NCBI GenBank assembly: GCA_048941385.1
Contig: JBHLNR010000001.1
Location: 3,715-67,714 of the forward strand
Direction of reading: 5' to 3'
DNA: 64,000 bases
From: Promethearchaeota archaeon
Lineage (GTDB): Archaea; Asgardarchaeota; Lokiarchaeia; Sigyniarchaeales; SOKP01
Shown: piece by piece, positions 19,373 to 29,806 of the stretch
Position numbering within the stretch: position 1 is the stretch's first letter
Layout of the letters: each line of letters begins with the position of its first letter
The notes under the pieces: model-generated
Told to the model about the DNA's origin: nothing
Database searches by the model: none
The model's input: the letters and a program-made list of their open reading frames with translations, nothing else
Program-made: the position numbers and the translations under genes

Positions 19373-19777
19373 TTGAGGTTTATTTTCTCACATGTAGTAA
19401 AATTTGATGAAAGTGCTCTTAAAGATATAGAATTAATTTATACTCAACACATATGTTCAGAAATACAATCAAAATTAATTAAAGGAATAACCAAAATTAT
19501 ATGCAAGTTTATAAATGTTCCAGAATTAGCTATGAAAGGTGCAATTTTGAAAGCTTTAAGAGAGTGGGAAAATAGAAATGGCATAAGTGTTAACATATTA
19601 GCAACCATGCCAATCGGAAAACGTTTAAATGCTGTAAAAGAAATTTTTAGCGTAAGTAAAAGAATGATAAAGAACCTGGTCTTAACTCCTATAGATAGAA
19701 ATGAAACATTTATTGATATTTCATTTGAAAGAGCCTTTAGGTATTTTCTTGAGCATTTTTCAGACTATCAACGTTAA
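19373..19777 (+). CDS. Hypothetical helical protein
   Basis: 134 aa ORF with AGGAG just upstream; its stop overlaps the convergent PHP gene. Confidence 0.55.
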   Translation: MRFIFSHVVKFDESALKDIELIYTQHICSEIQSKLIKGITKIICKFINVPELAMKGAILKALREWENRNGISVNILATMPIGKRLNAVKEIFSVSKRMIKNLVLTPIDRNETFIDISFERAFRYFLEHFSDYQR

Positions 19778-20499
19778 AATTTTTTTCTCAATAAATCTAA
19801 TATAATCTGAAAGTTTGTCTCCAAATTATAGTACTGGATCATTTCTATTGGTTCTTCAATATTATCTAAACTTTTAATACTATGAGAATCACATCCTACA
19901 GCAACAGGTATATTTCCTTTTCTTAATTCTTCGAAAAATTTTTCATTTCGGCGTGAATAATAGTCAGGGTAACTTGAGTTGAATTCAAAATAAACATTAT
20001 TTTCTTTTAAAAAAGGTATTAGAATATCGAGATTATCATAAATAAAATACGAGGGATCAAAATGTGCTAAACCCAATATTGGAAACCTACTGTACTTTTC
20101 TTGATTTTTTCTCCAGAAAGTAAGAATATTCTTTAAAAAAGCAAGAGTTTCAGCATCCTGAAGATATTCAAATAAGATCAAGTCAAATTTTTGAAAGTTA
20201 ATCTTTCTGATAAAATTTACAGAACTTGAGAGATCAATCTCAAGACCTTTAAGAATTTTTAATTTTGTATTTCTTTCACGTAATAATTTCTGGCAAATTG
20301 AGATTACTTCTAAATATTCAGAAATTTTTTCCTCATTCTTTAGAGTTGTTACCCATTCTTTCCAGGAATCTGTGAAATGATCGGTTATAGCAATATATTC
20401 TAATTCAGTTTTGAGAGCGCTTTTAACAATTTGATGAATACTATGTTTTCCATCAGAAAAATTAGAATGAATATGAAGGTTTATTGGGGGGAATGACAT
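19774..20499 (-). CDS. PHP-domain phosphoesterase
   Basis: NLHIHSNFSDG, IAITDH, GLE, AH and GCDSH motifs. Confidence 0.88.
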   Translation of the reverse strand: MSFPPINLHIHSNFSDGKHSIHQIVKSALKTELEYIAITDHFTDSWKEWVTTLKNEEKISEYLEVISICQKLLRERNTKLKILKGLEIDLSSSVNFIRKINFQKFDLILFEYLQDAETLAFLKNILTFWRKNQEKYSRFPILGLAHFDPSYFIYDNLDILIPFLKENNVYFEFNSSYPDYYSRRNEKFFEELRKGNIPVAVGCDSHSIKSLDNIEEPIEMIQYYNLETNFQIILDLLRKKF

Positions 20500-20517
20500 T
20501 TTAATATGTCTCTTTTA

Positions 20518-22398
20518 TTAAATTCCAAGAGTTTTTGTTTCTCGATTTAAATATAGACTAAATATACCGCTAAATAGTAATATTGTACTAAAGAACAATA
20601 GAATTGAATTAAAAAGAAATTCAGCCATTCTTTGAGAAATTTCAGTTGTTCCAAAGGTGATATTATCTATTGATATGATATCTAAAGAAAATAAACTGAT
20701 TAAAGAAAATATAAACAATGAAGATGCAATCTGAACTAGAGCGATTGCAAAATTTATATAGTATATTAATTTGGATTTGATCTTTTTCAATTCTATTATT
20801 CTACCAACGCCTACATCTATAGCAACTTCTTTCTTATTTATTCTTTTAATGAAGAAAAATACTAATTCTTTCAGTGGAAAAATGTCTAAAAATATTGTGC
20901 CAATTGAAAAAATACAGATAAAAATTAGGAAACGGAGGAAGATAAAGGAAAATATATTCACAAATCCAGGTGATGGTGAAGTTATAATACTTAAATTATT
21001 TATAATCCAAATAAAAATTCCAACGAGGATAAAAGCAAAAAATTTCATACCTGCTAAAGTAAAGATGATAGAATGTCGATCTGCGATTGTCAATAAATAG
21101 TATGTAATACCTATTACCAGAATGACTATTCCTAAAAGAACAGCATATATATTTAAAACAAACGCCAAGATTAAACATGTGGAACCAACAACTAATGGTA
21201 AATATGGGAAAAATGGAGCTTTAAATGGACGATCTAACTCTTTTCTCTTGTATCTGAGATTTACTGCAGCAAAATTCACAAAAGCTAATCCAAAAAAATA
21301 GATAAAAGTTGTAATGTTTGCTGTAAATCCTACATTGGCGAATAAAAAGGATAAAATGGTAAATAAAATTGCGATACCAGAAGTAATTATCAGTATTAAT
21401 GTAGGGACATCTGATTTTTTGTTTCTTTTCAATAGTTTTTGAGATACATAGTGATCTCTTGCTAATGCGTGCAGTACCGCTACAGCCGATCCTAAAGCGG
21501 CATTCATAGCAATAAAAGTAGCAATCGTGGCTGCTATACCCATTAATAAGTATCCTGGAAATCCTAAAATATCATTAAGAATTAAGGCTAAGAATATTGG
21601 AGAGTCATCTGGATTGTTGCCGATATTAATCATAGATACAGTTGTAATCAATAAATAGACTAGAAGAGTGATTAGAATGGCAAAAATATTGGTTTTAGGT
21701 ATATTTTTTGACGGATTTTTAAGATCAGCATTTAAATAGGCTAAATTTGAAGTGATACTAGTAAAAAATATAAAGAGAAAAGAAAACATGAGTACAACGC
21801 TAATAAAATTAGTATCTGAAGTTAAAAAGTTTGTATTATAATTTGATGCGTTGGTAAAGGGGGCAATTATAAAGCCAGATAGAATGAAAATACTAAAAAT
21901 AATCAATAAAACAATTGTTAGACTAATTAATGTCTTTAATGCTATTTTTTGAGTTCTGAACACTACTATAGCAGTAAATAATATTGATAATAGAGCAAGA
22001 ATAATGAAAATATTTTTTAATATAGGAATAGGGAAAAATTCTTCAATAACCACAATGAAAGCTTGAGCAGAAAAAGAAAACGTTCCGATATTAGCTATCC
22101 ATAGGAAGAATCCTATTATAAATGCTAAAAATCCACCTAAAGCTTCTTTGCTAAAGTTGTAAGCGCCTCCAGAGACAGGCAAACTAGTGGATAATTCACT
22201 ATAATTTAAAGCAGTAATAAATATTAGAATCCCGCCTAAAATCAAACTTATTAAGACTCCGGATCGGGCTTGCCCAATAGCTGTTCCTAATAGTATAAAT
22301 ACTGAACCTCCAATTCCACAACCAATTCCATAAAGAATTCCTGATGATAGGCTTATCGTTCTTGAGGGGGCAATTCCTTCTTGTTCTTTTTCAGTCAA
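20518..22398 (-). CDS. APC-family amino acid permease with extra C-terminal TM helices
   Basis: GCGIGGSVF, YSELSTSLPVSGGAY, KNPSKNIP and RPFKAPFFP motifs. Confidence 0.88.
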   Translation of the reverse strand: MTEKEQEGIAPSRTISLSSGILYGIGCGIGGSVFILLGTAIGQARSGVLISLILGGILIFITALNYSELSTSLPVSGGAYNFSKEALGGFLAFIIGFFLWIANIGTFSFSAQAFIVVIEEFFPIPILKNIFIILALLSILFTAIVVFRTQKIALKTLISLTIVLLIIFSIFILSGFIIAPFTNASNYNTNFLTSDTNFISVVLMFSFLFIFFTSITSNLAYLNADLKNPSKNIPKTNIFAILITLLVYLLITTVSMINIGNNPDDSPIFLALILNDILGFPGYLLMGIAATIATFIAMNAALGSAVAVLHALARDHYVSQKLLKRNKKSDVPTLILIITSGIAILFTILSFLFANVGFTANITTFIYFFGLAFVNFAAVNLRYKRKELDRPFKAPFFPYLPLVVGSTCLILAFVLNIYAVLLGIVILVIGITYYLLTIADRHSIIFTLAGMKFFAFILVGIFIWIINNLSIITSPSPGFVNIFSFIFLRFLIFICIFSIGTIFLDIFPLKELVFFFIKRINKKEVAIDVGVGRIIELKKIKSKLIYYINFAIALVQIASSLFIFSLISLFSLDIISIDNITFGTTEISQRMAEFLFNSILLFFSTILLFSGIFSLYLNRETKTLGI

Positions 22399-22467
22399 TT
22401 CTAAATCATTAAAATGGTATTATTGCCTCAAAATTCAAATTTTAAAGGTGACAAATAAAATTCTAAA

Positions 22468-23928
22468 TTATGATTTCTCAAGGTGGAATATTCCAGAAAT
22501 TATAGAGAGAATAGATCCCACTAATAGGAAAACCACCATTAAGAAAGTGTTTACATTTACTTCTCCTACATCTATAATATTAAAGAATATTCCTATTACC
22601 CAAATTGCAAAAAATATCCCAGCACCTATTAAAATTCCACCAAAAAATTTAGATGCTCTATAAATAGCCGATAATATTTCTAATCTATGTATCCGACTTT
22701 CCTTATCTCTAATTTCCTTTTCTTGATTTTCTAATTCTTCTTTTAGCTGTTGAAGTATGATCCGAGAATCATTAGTGCTGCTTTCAATTGCCTCTTTAGC
22801 TTTTCTTAATTTTTCATGATCTGATTCCATACGTTCTAATTTTTCAGTTAATGCATTAAGTCTTTCTTCTCTTTCAAGATATTCAGTATTTGATGTTTCA
22901 ATATCTTTTTTAAGATCTTCAATTCTCTTTTCATTAGCTTCAATCAAATTTTGTTTAGAAGTAAATTGCTCGTTTAAAGATTCATTTGTATCTTTTAATT
23001 CTTGAATTCGAGATTCCATATCAATTAATTGTTGTTGTTTATCTCCAAGTTGTACTTTATATTTAGCAAGAAGCTCTTCGTATGTTTCCCTTTGTTTTTC
23101 CATTTCAGGAAATCCATCATGATAATCCTCAATTCTTTGCTCAATTTCTTTTATTCTTATTTCTTTTTTTTCAATCTGTTCTGTTAATAGCTTCTTTTCT
23201 TCTTCTTTTGCTTGTATTTCAGAATTAGAATGCTCTAATTCAACCTTATTCTTATTAAGATAAAATCTTAATGTTTCATTTTCAGCAGCTTGGCTTTTTA
23301 TCTTCTTATCTAAAGCTTCTGATTCTTCTCTTTGTTTTTCTAGTTTTGATTCTTTTTCTAAAATTTCTTGATTTAATTTAGAAATTTTTGTTCTCAATTC
23401 CTCTTGAGAGGCAACTTTTTCTTTAACAGAATCAGTAAGAACAATCAAATCAACTTGTCTACTTTCATATGTTTTTACTAGTTGTTCATTATTTCTTAAT
23501 AGTTCCTTGTATTCCTCATCAAGATTGTCCTTACTTTCTTTTGTAATTTCAAATCGTTCTTCTAAATTTTTCATTTCTTCTGTTTTTCGATTATATTTGT
23601 CTTCAAGAGTGGATATAGTTTCTTCAATTGCAGACAAATATTCTTCCTTATCATCAATTTTCTTTGAAATTGTATTGAGTTCAAGTTGTGCTTTCTTTAT
23701 TTCATCACTTATTTCTTCTATTTCTCTTTTACTCTTTTCTTTATCTTCTTCGGCTTCACCATTTGTTATAGTTTCTGAGATGTTTTCTATACTATCTTCA
23801 AAAGTCCTTAACTTTTTATCGATTATATCTCTTGAATTTTTAGCTTTAGATAGAAATTCCTTATCTATTCTCTCTATTTCCTTTTCCGATTTGTCTTCCT
23901 TTTCTTCTCCTTCGATTTCGTCTGTCAT
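22468..23928 (-). CDS. Long coiled-coil protein with a C-terminal 2-TM anchor
   Basis: About 420 aa of E/K-rich heptads followed by two hydrophobic helices. Confidence 0.8.
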   Translation of the reverse strand: MTDEIEGEEKEDKSEKEIERIDKEFLSKAKNSRDIIDKKLRTFEDSIENISETITNGEAEEDKEKSKREIEEISDEIKKAQLELNTISKKIDDKEEYLSAIEETISTLEDKYNRKTEEMKNLEERFEITKESKDNLDEEYKELLRNNEQLVKTYESRQVDLIVLTDSVKEKVASQEELRTKISKLNQEILEKESKLEKQREESEALDKKIKSQAAENETLRFYLNKNKVELEHSNSEIQAKEEEKKLLTEQIEKKEIRIKEIEQRIEDYHDGFPEMEKQRETYEELLAKYKVQLGDKQQQLIDMESRIQELKDTNESLNEQFTSKQNLIEANEKRIEDLKKDIETSNTEYLEREERLNALTEKLERMESDHEKLRKAKEAIESSTNDSRIILQQLKEELENQEKEIRDKESRIHRLEILSAIYRASKFFGGILIGAGIFFAIWVIGIFFNIIDVGEVNVNTFLMVVFLLVGSILSIISGIFHLEKS

Positions 23929-24334
23929 ACTATTATTTTTTGAATATTGGATATAAAATATCTTTATTCATATAGAATTAGAATTAGAAATTATAAAATT
24001 TAATTATTGTATTTACACAAAAATCTATTTTGATCAAATAGTTTTCGATATAAATAGAACATTATTTTGCACTTCAATTTATTCTTATGAATAATACTAA
24101 TTTTTGCTATTTAAATTTTGATTTTTTGTCTTTTTTTTCTGCGAATTTAGACAGACACAATGAATAAATTTAAATATTACCGATGTAATAACAATACTTT
24201 AGAATTCTCGTTCTCAACTAATCAAAAAAAATGTAGTTGCTTTGAATTTAAATAGGATTTGCATATATTTGCATGCTTTGTTTTATGAATTAATCTATTG
24301 GAAAAACAAAAAGGTTTTTAAATGTTTAGAATCC

Positions 24335-25300
24335 TTAACTATGGTGCTTTTCTACAAATTCAATGACATGGTCATATGATGTACTTGACATAGGTCCAAA
24401 ACTTTGCACTTTTAATGCTCCTACAGCATTAGCAAATCTAGCTATTTTTTTTAAATCCCATCCCATTAAATAACCTATTAAAAATGCACCTCCGAATGAA
24501 TCCCCTGCGCCAGTTGGATCAATTTCATCAACTTTTAGTCCACTTACTATAATTCCATCGTAATTTTCTTTGGTAAAAATGGTACATCCTTCTTTTCCTT
24601 GTTTCAAGACTATAATTTTTGGCCCAAAATCTAGAAGATTTTGGCAAGCTTTAGTTGAATCTTCAATGTTAGCCAATATTTTTGCTTCTTCTCCACTTGG
24701 GAGTAATATATCCGTTGTTTCTAATACTGGTTTACAAATCTTAAGGATCGTATTTAACTCAAGCATTTCAGGTCTTAAATTCGGGTCAAATGAGATAATC
24801 ACATTAGGGTTTTTTTTCTTTGCTATTTTTATTGCTTTTTTACAAGATTTTCGTGAACTATTACTTATGGAAAGTGCACTTCCCATAATATGCAAACATT
24901 TTATGTCTTTAAAGTAAAAGTCATTTATTTGTGAAGGATTTAATTTTCCAGCAGCTCCAGCGGCAAAGATAAACTTACGAGAACCATCTGAATTGTATTG
25001 GTTAAAAGCAATTCCAGTAACTTCAGAATCCAAAATTTTAATCTGAGAAACATCAACTTCATCATTTTTTAACTTATTGATTATGCAATCCCCAAATTCA
25101 TCGTTCCCTACTACTCCAATAAAACCTGTAGTTAAATTGAAGGGCCTTCCCATTCTAGAAGCAGTATCAATAAAAATAGCAGGTGCCCCACTAGGGTATG
25201 GCCCTCGATAATTAGCACCAGTTCGTCCATGTGGTGTGTTCAAATCTGTTCGCATTATCTCAACTAATAATTCGCCAACTGAAATAATATTTGGTGTCAT
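24335..25300 (-). CDS. PfkB-family carbohydrate kinase
   Basis: SGAPAI, GVVGNDEFG, FDPNLR and DPTGAGDSF motifs. Confidence 0.92.
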   Translation of the reverse strand: MTPNIISVGELLVEIMRTDLNTPHGRTGANYRGPYPSGAPAIFIDTASRMGRPFNLTTGFIGVVGNDEFGDCIINKLKNDEVDVSQIKILDSEVTGIAFNQYNSDGSRKFIFAAGAAGKLNPSQINDFYFKDIKCLHIMGSALSISNSSRKSCKKAIKIAKKKNPNVIISFDPNLRPEMLELNTILKICKPVLETTDILLPSGEEAKILANIEDSTKACQNLLDFGPKIIVLKQGKEGCTIFTKENYDGIIVSGLKVDEIDPTGAGDSFGGAFLIGYLMGWDLKKIARFANAVGALKVQSFGPMSSTSYDHVIEFVEKHHS

Positions 25301-25447
25301 TTATATTAGCACTTATAATTTTTTTATTAACTATATACTTTTTATTAAATTCTAAAATTAATAAAAATAAGTCTGATCGCTATAACTAAATATAGAATAT
25401 TTTAAGGTTAGGGGGATTCGTGGTAAAAGAAATTATATGATAATATT

Positions 25448-26317
25448 TTATTTTATAAATTTTTCTCGAAATGATTCAATCGTACTTGAAATTTCGTTTA
25501 AATGAAGTTTTAGTTCCTTAGGATTTGTTTCTTTTAATTTATCCAAATTGCTAATAAACTCTTTAAGCTCATCAACCCACAAATTCATCAGAATCTCTCT
25601 TTCTTTATTTTTACATGCTAATTTAATTTCATCATTAATCCATTCTTTAGCGCTTTCAAATAACTGCTTTTTTAGCACATCAACTGTGATCTTAAATAAA
25701 TCCTGTTGGCTTTTAATCTCTTCCAACTCAGGTTGAAGATTGTTTCTGTAATCATTAGTATCTTCTTCGAATTTTTTTAACATATCTCTAAGGACTTCTT
25801 CTTTCGTATCATATTCTTCTTTCAATCTTTGAAATTTTAGGGAAAAATCATCATTTACAGCCTGTATGCTTTCAATTATAATCTTAATTTTATCTTCTAC
25901 ATTGGTTATTTGAAATTTAATATCATTATCGAGTTTATTTGATGCCTTTTCCAATTCTTCAGTTAATGTTTGGTAATTTCCTTCTATTTTTTCATTAAGA
26001 TTATTAAATTTATCTTTCAACTCTTGATCAAAAATATTGGTAATGTCTTCAATTTTTTTATTGATACCATCTATTTGGTCTTTTAAATTCTTCTCAAGTT
26101 TATCTAACCTTTCAGATGTACTTTGCTCGATTTTAGAAATTTGGTTACTTAAAGTTTGATTCAGTTTATTCACATCATCATCGATTTTCTGACTAAATTT
26201 CTTTAATTGATCACTAAATTTTTTGTCAGATTTATTCACTAGGTCAAGAGCTTTTTGGTCAAGTGATTTTATTTGTTGATTTAATTTCTGATCAATTTTC
26301 TTAATTTGTTCTTTCAA
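25448..26317 (-). CDS. Coiled-coil / helical-bundle protein (may start at ATT 26359)
   Basis: Amphipathic repeats throughout. The frame stays open upstream (ISNTEQVPTKELNN) behind a GAGGGG sequence. Confidence 0.7.
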   Translation of the reverse strand: MKEQIKKIDQKLNQQIKSLDQKALDLVNKSDKKFSDQLKKFSQKIDDDVNKLNQTLSNQISKIEQSTSERLDKLEKNLKDQIDGINKKIEDITNIFDQELKDKFNNLNEKIEGNYQTLTEELEKASNKLDNDIKFQITNVEDKIKIIIESIQAVNDDFSLKFQRLKEEYDTKEEVLRDMLKKFEEDTNDYRNNLQPELEEIKSQQDLFKITVDVLKKQLFESAKEWINDEIKLACKNKEREILMNLWVDELKEFISNLDKLKETNPKELKLHLNEISSTIESFREKFIK

Positions 26318-26379
26318 ATTATTTAATTCTTTTGTTGGTACCTGTTCTGTATTCGAAATGATTTTCCCCTCATTTATAA

Positions 26380-27414
26380 TTAAATATTATATATTTTATC
26401 TTGATGAAAAATATCTTCATTTGTATCTTGATTTTCAGTTTTAAGATTTGAGCTGATTATCATTAACTCGTGCTCCTCTCTATTTAATTTTTGGAATAAT
26501 TCAATATTTTTTTCAGAATCATTTTTAGACACAGTTAATAAATTTCGTAAGGCATCAATCATTTCCTCTGTGGATTTGGTATATGTCTTCTTAATATGAG
26601 TTAAAGCCTGTTCTAATTCAGATAGATTTATTATAAACTGATCAAGAATATCATCTTTCTGATGTCGTACTTTATGAATTTCCTGATTTATGAATTCATT
26701 ATATTTTAATTCATTAATCTCTTCTTCAGTGGAATCTACTGTTTTTGAGTTAGATCCAGACCTCATCAATTCTATTGCTGTATCAATAGAGTTTATTGTT
26801 ATTAATTTACTTTTTAGAGACTGTTCATCTTTGGATATTGATTTTAGGAAATCTTCTGTCATACTTTCTTGAAAAAGATCAGGTGCTAATATTTCTCCCC
26901 TTTTTAAATATGAAAATAACAACAGTTCAAAGCAATCTCTTACATTTATAGAATTTTTAGCAGACATTAGGATAAAATTATCTTTATCCGTGAAAAAATT
27001 TTGTAAGGTCTTCTTGATCTGAGTATTCTCATCAAAAAGATCCAATTTATTACCCGCAAGAAGGGATATACATTCTTCTGTAGATTTACTTATTCTTTCT
27101 TCAAATTCTTTTTTAAGATTTTTAATTGTATCTTCTGGATTTGTTAAATCGAAAACCAATATAGCGAGATCTGCGTTAGAATAATGAACAGGATTATAGG
27201 GATTAAAGGATTTTTGACCCCCAAGATCCCATATAGTTAATTTTATAGTTATAGCCTTTTCGCTTAACACATACTCCTTTCTGAATGTTACGCTCCCAAT
27301 TGTAGGCATATAATTCTCAGAAATTTCTTCTCCTAGAAATGAGTTTATTATAGAAGTTTTTCCTACTTCTCCTTCCCCGAGAACAATCAATTTTAGGTTA
27401 ATGACGTCTCCCAC
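26380..27414 (-). CDS. Ras/Rab-like small GTPase with a C-terminal helical extension
   Basis: G1 GEGEVGKTS, G2 PTIG, G3 WDLGGQ, G4 NKLD, G5 SAK, then about 170 aa of helical tail. Confidence 0.9.
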   Translation of the reverse strand: MGDVINLKLIVLGEGEVGKTSIINSFLGEEISENYMPTIGSVTFRKEYVLSEKAITIKLTIWDLGGQKSFNPYNPVHYSNADLAILVFDLTNPEDTIKNLKKEFEERISKSTEECISLLAGNKLDLFDENTQIKKTLQNFFTDKDNFILMSAKNSINVRDCFELLLFSYLKRGEILAPDLFQESMTEDFLKSISKDEQSLKSKLITINSIDTAIELMRSGSNSKTVDSTEEEINELKYNEFINQEIHKVRHQKDDILDQFIINLSELEQALTHIKKTYTKSTEEMIDALRNLLTVSKNDSEKNIELFQKLNREEHELMIISSNLKTENQDTNEDIFHQDKIYNI

Positions 27415-27809
27415 TTTAAAACTCGCCTAGAAATACATTCCTTATTTATCAGATACAAATTTGAAAAAGTTATTAATATTTATTAGTTACTTATTAATTC
27501 TTAAAAACAAAATAGGATACAGATATTTAAACTTATTTTAAACGAGCTTAGATTCTGATAAGTATATCTTAAGAAAAACATATGAGAGTAATGTTAATCC
27601 AAAAAAAAGATTGAGAACTAACTAATTTACATCCGAAAAAGAATATATGATGAGAAATAAATTGGTTCTAAAATATTTGAAATTTTGGTTAATTTTGTAC
27701 TAAAGCTTTTCTAAAGACTTCTTTTAAAGAAATAAAACTTTTTATAATTTCCAATTCTTATTCATTCAATTTTATTATAAAAATGACAAAGTAAAAAGCG
27801 GTATAGAGA

Positions 27810-28847
27810 ATGGGGATAAAAACGAAAGTTACAGAGATGTTAGGAATAAAACATCCTATTATTGCTGCTCCTATGGGACCTTTTTATACAAAAGAGTTAG
27901 CTGTAGCTGTTTCAGAAGCAGGGGGATTAGGAGTTTTAAGCCATACTAATATGTTCGGAAAAAACAGTCTCGAAGAAATGAAAAAAGATATGGAATATGT
28001 AATTGAGCATACAGATAAACCATTTGGATTTAATATTAGAACTTCAAGATTACAACTTGATGCATCAAATCTTTGTCGTCAAATTCCAAAATTTATTCAG
28101 GATAATCAAAAAATCAAGGAACAATGCGTTTATGCTATAACAAGTGCGGGATCCTCAAAAACATTACCAAAATCAAAATCATATCAGAAATTGAAGGAAA
28201 GTGGTTCAGACATCAAACATTTTCATGTAGCTCCAGCGCTTTGGTTAGCGGATAAATGTGTTGATTCGGGAGTAGATGGTTTGGTGGTAACTGGTTGGGA
28301 AGGTGGTGGACACCAAAGTTATGAAAAGATCACTTCTTTGGTACTACTACAGCAAGTTAAACAAAAGCACCCAGACTTTCCAGTGGTGGCATGTGGAGGT
28401 TTTGCTAGTGGAGAGGGTCTTGCTTCAGCGTTAGCAATGGGTGCGGGAGCTATTGCTATGGGATCTAGATTTATTGCATCTAAAGAAAGTGAATTTCATA
28501 ATAAATATAAAAAAATTATACCACCAGCAAAAGCAAGCGATACCATTTGGGTAACAGGAGTATTAGGTCCTATTCGTCTTTGGAAAAACCAATATTCCTT
28601 ACATCATGGAGTTATATCGTCTAAAGAAGAAAAAATGGCATTAGAAGCCCAAATAACCCCCCAAATGGCTATGGAAGATCAAAAGCATTACGAAATGACA
28701 TATGATGGTGATATTGAGGAAGGAGCTGTTCTTTTAGGACAAAGTATTGGAGTTATTAACTCTATAAATAGTGTGCAACAAATTGTTAACGATATTGTAA
28801 CAGTTGCCGAAAAGAGATTAAAAGAAGCCAGTTCATTTATTTTTTAA
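27810..28847 (+). CDS. Nitronate monooxygenase / FabK-like flavoprotein (paralogue of 12298-13353)
   Basis: LGIKHPIIAAPMG, AVSEAGGLG, GWEGGGH and MGSRF motifs. Confidence 0.88.
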   Translation: MGIKTKVTEMLGIKHPIIAAPMGPFYTKELAVAVSEAGGLGVLSHTNMFGKNSLEEMKKDMEYVIEHTDKPFGFNIRTSRLQLDASNLCRQIPKFIQDNQKIKEQCVYAITSAGSSKTLPKSKSYQKLKESGSDIKHFHVAPALWLADKCVDSGVDGLVVTGWEGGGHQSYEKITSLVLLQQVKQKHPDFPVVACGGFASGEGLASALAMGAGAIAMGSRFIASKESEFHNKYKKIIPPAKASDTIWVTGVLGPIRLWKNQYSLHHGVISSKEEKMALEAQITPQMAMEDQKHYEMTYDGDIEEGAVLLGQSIGVINSINSVQQIVNDIVTVAEKRLKEASSFIF

Positions 28848-28928
28848 TATCTACTAATATTAGATTAAATACTTAAATGGTTTTTTTTCTTATTCTATTA
28901 TATTTCATATAAATAATCTAATGTAAAT

Positions 28929-29168
28929 ATGAATGCAAAAAAAAAAATTGAGTTAATTTATGAAATATTAGACAGATATGATGATGGAGTTTGTCTTTAT
29001 TGTGGGAGTACCCTAAATGGTGATATGGAAGTTGAAGATTTTGATGAAGGATATTCTGATGACTGGTGTCCTAATTGTGGTGAAAGCATTGATCCTGACG
29101 ATGATTGGGAGGAAGCATGTCTAGTTGCAATTGATAAAGTAATTAGTGGTAAAAAATTTGAGCCATAA
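28929..29168 (+). CDS. Small acidic zinc-ribbon protein
   Basis: CLYCG...WCPNCG in a D/E-rich sequence. Confidence 0.7.
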   Translation: MNAKKKIELIYEILDRYDDGVCLYCGSTLNGDMEVEDFDEGYSDDWCPNCGESIDPDDDWEEACLVAIDKVISGKKFEP

Positions 29169-29200
29169 TTTTTAAATCGTTCTGTAGAGAGAGATAAAGA

Positions 29201-29782
29201 GTGGAACAGGGTTTAAAAGTAAATGTAGTAGGTACGAGTAGTGTAGGAAAAACAACATTTTGTAAGAAATTATCTAAAATTTTATCCATTCCATATATCG
29301 AAATGGATGCCCTTTTTTGGGGACCGAATTGGTATATGCCTAGTAATGAAGAATTCTTACCTAAATTACGGTTAGCTTTAAAAGGGAGTAGCTGGATATT
29401 GGATGGAAATTACCATTCAAGAACTACTCCTCTAAAATGGAAGAGTATTACTACTGTCATTTGGCTTGACTTTAGTTTCCCCCGTGTGTTATATCAAGCA
29501 GTTATAAGAGGAACGAAGAGAATTATATCGAGAGAAGAACTCTGGCCAGAAACTGGAAATAGAGAAACGTTAAAGGCTTTATTTAGTAAAGATTCTATTG
29601 TGCTTTTTGCAATAAAATCATTTAGAAAGATCCGAAAAAGGTATAAAGCGGTAATGGAATCGGATTTCTACTCAAATATTCAATTCATTAGGCTTAAATC
29701 ACCAAAGGAAGTCAATTTATTTCTTAGTAAAGTTAAAAGTCATAGAGAATTGATATTTGATGGAACTATAAAGTGGAGGTAG
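29201..29782 (+). CDS. P-loop kinase (adenylate kinase-like / FlaR topology-modulation family)
   Basis: GTSSVGKTT, EMDALFW, WILDGNY and VIWLD motifs. Confidence 0.8.
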   Translation: MEQGLKVNVVGTSSVGKTTFCKKLSKILSIPYIEMDALFWGPNWYMPSNEEFLPKLRLALKGSSWILDGNYHSRTTPLKWKSITTVIWLDFSFPRVLYQAVIRGTKRIISREELWPETGNRETLKALFSKDSIVLFAIKSFRKIRKRYKAVMESDFYSNIQFIRLKSPKEVNLFLSKVKSHRELIFDGTIKWR

Positions 29783-29806
29783 ACAAAATTAAAAATTCTT
29801 TATGCG

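Noticed and set aside
22468-23928. SMC/Rad50 call for the long coiled coil
   Set aside because: There are no Walker motifs, hinge or zinc hook, and the protein has a TM anchor.
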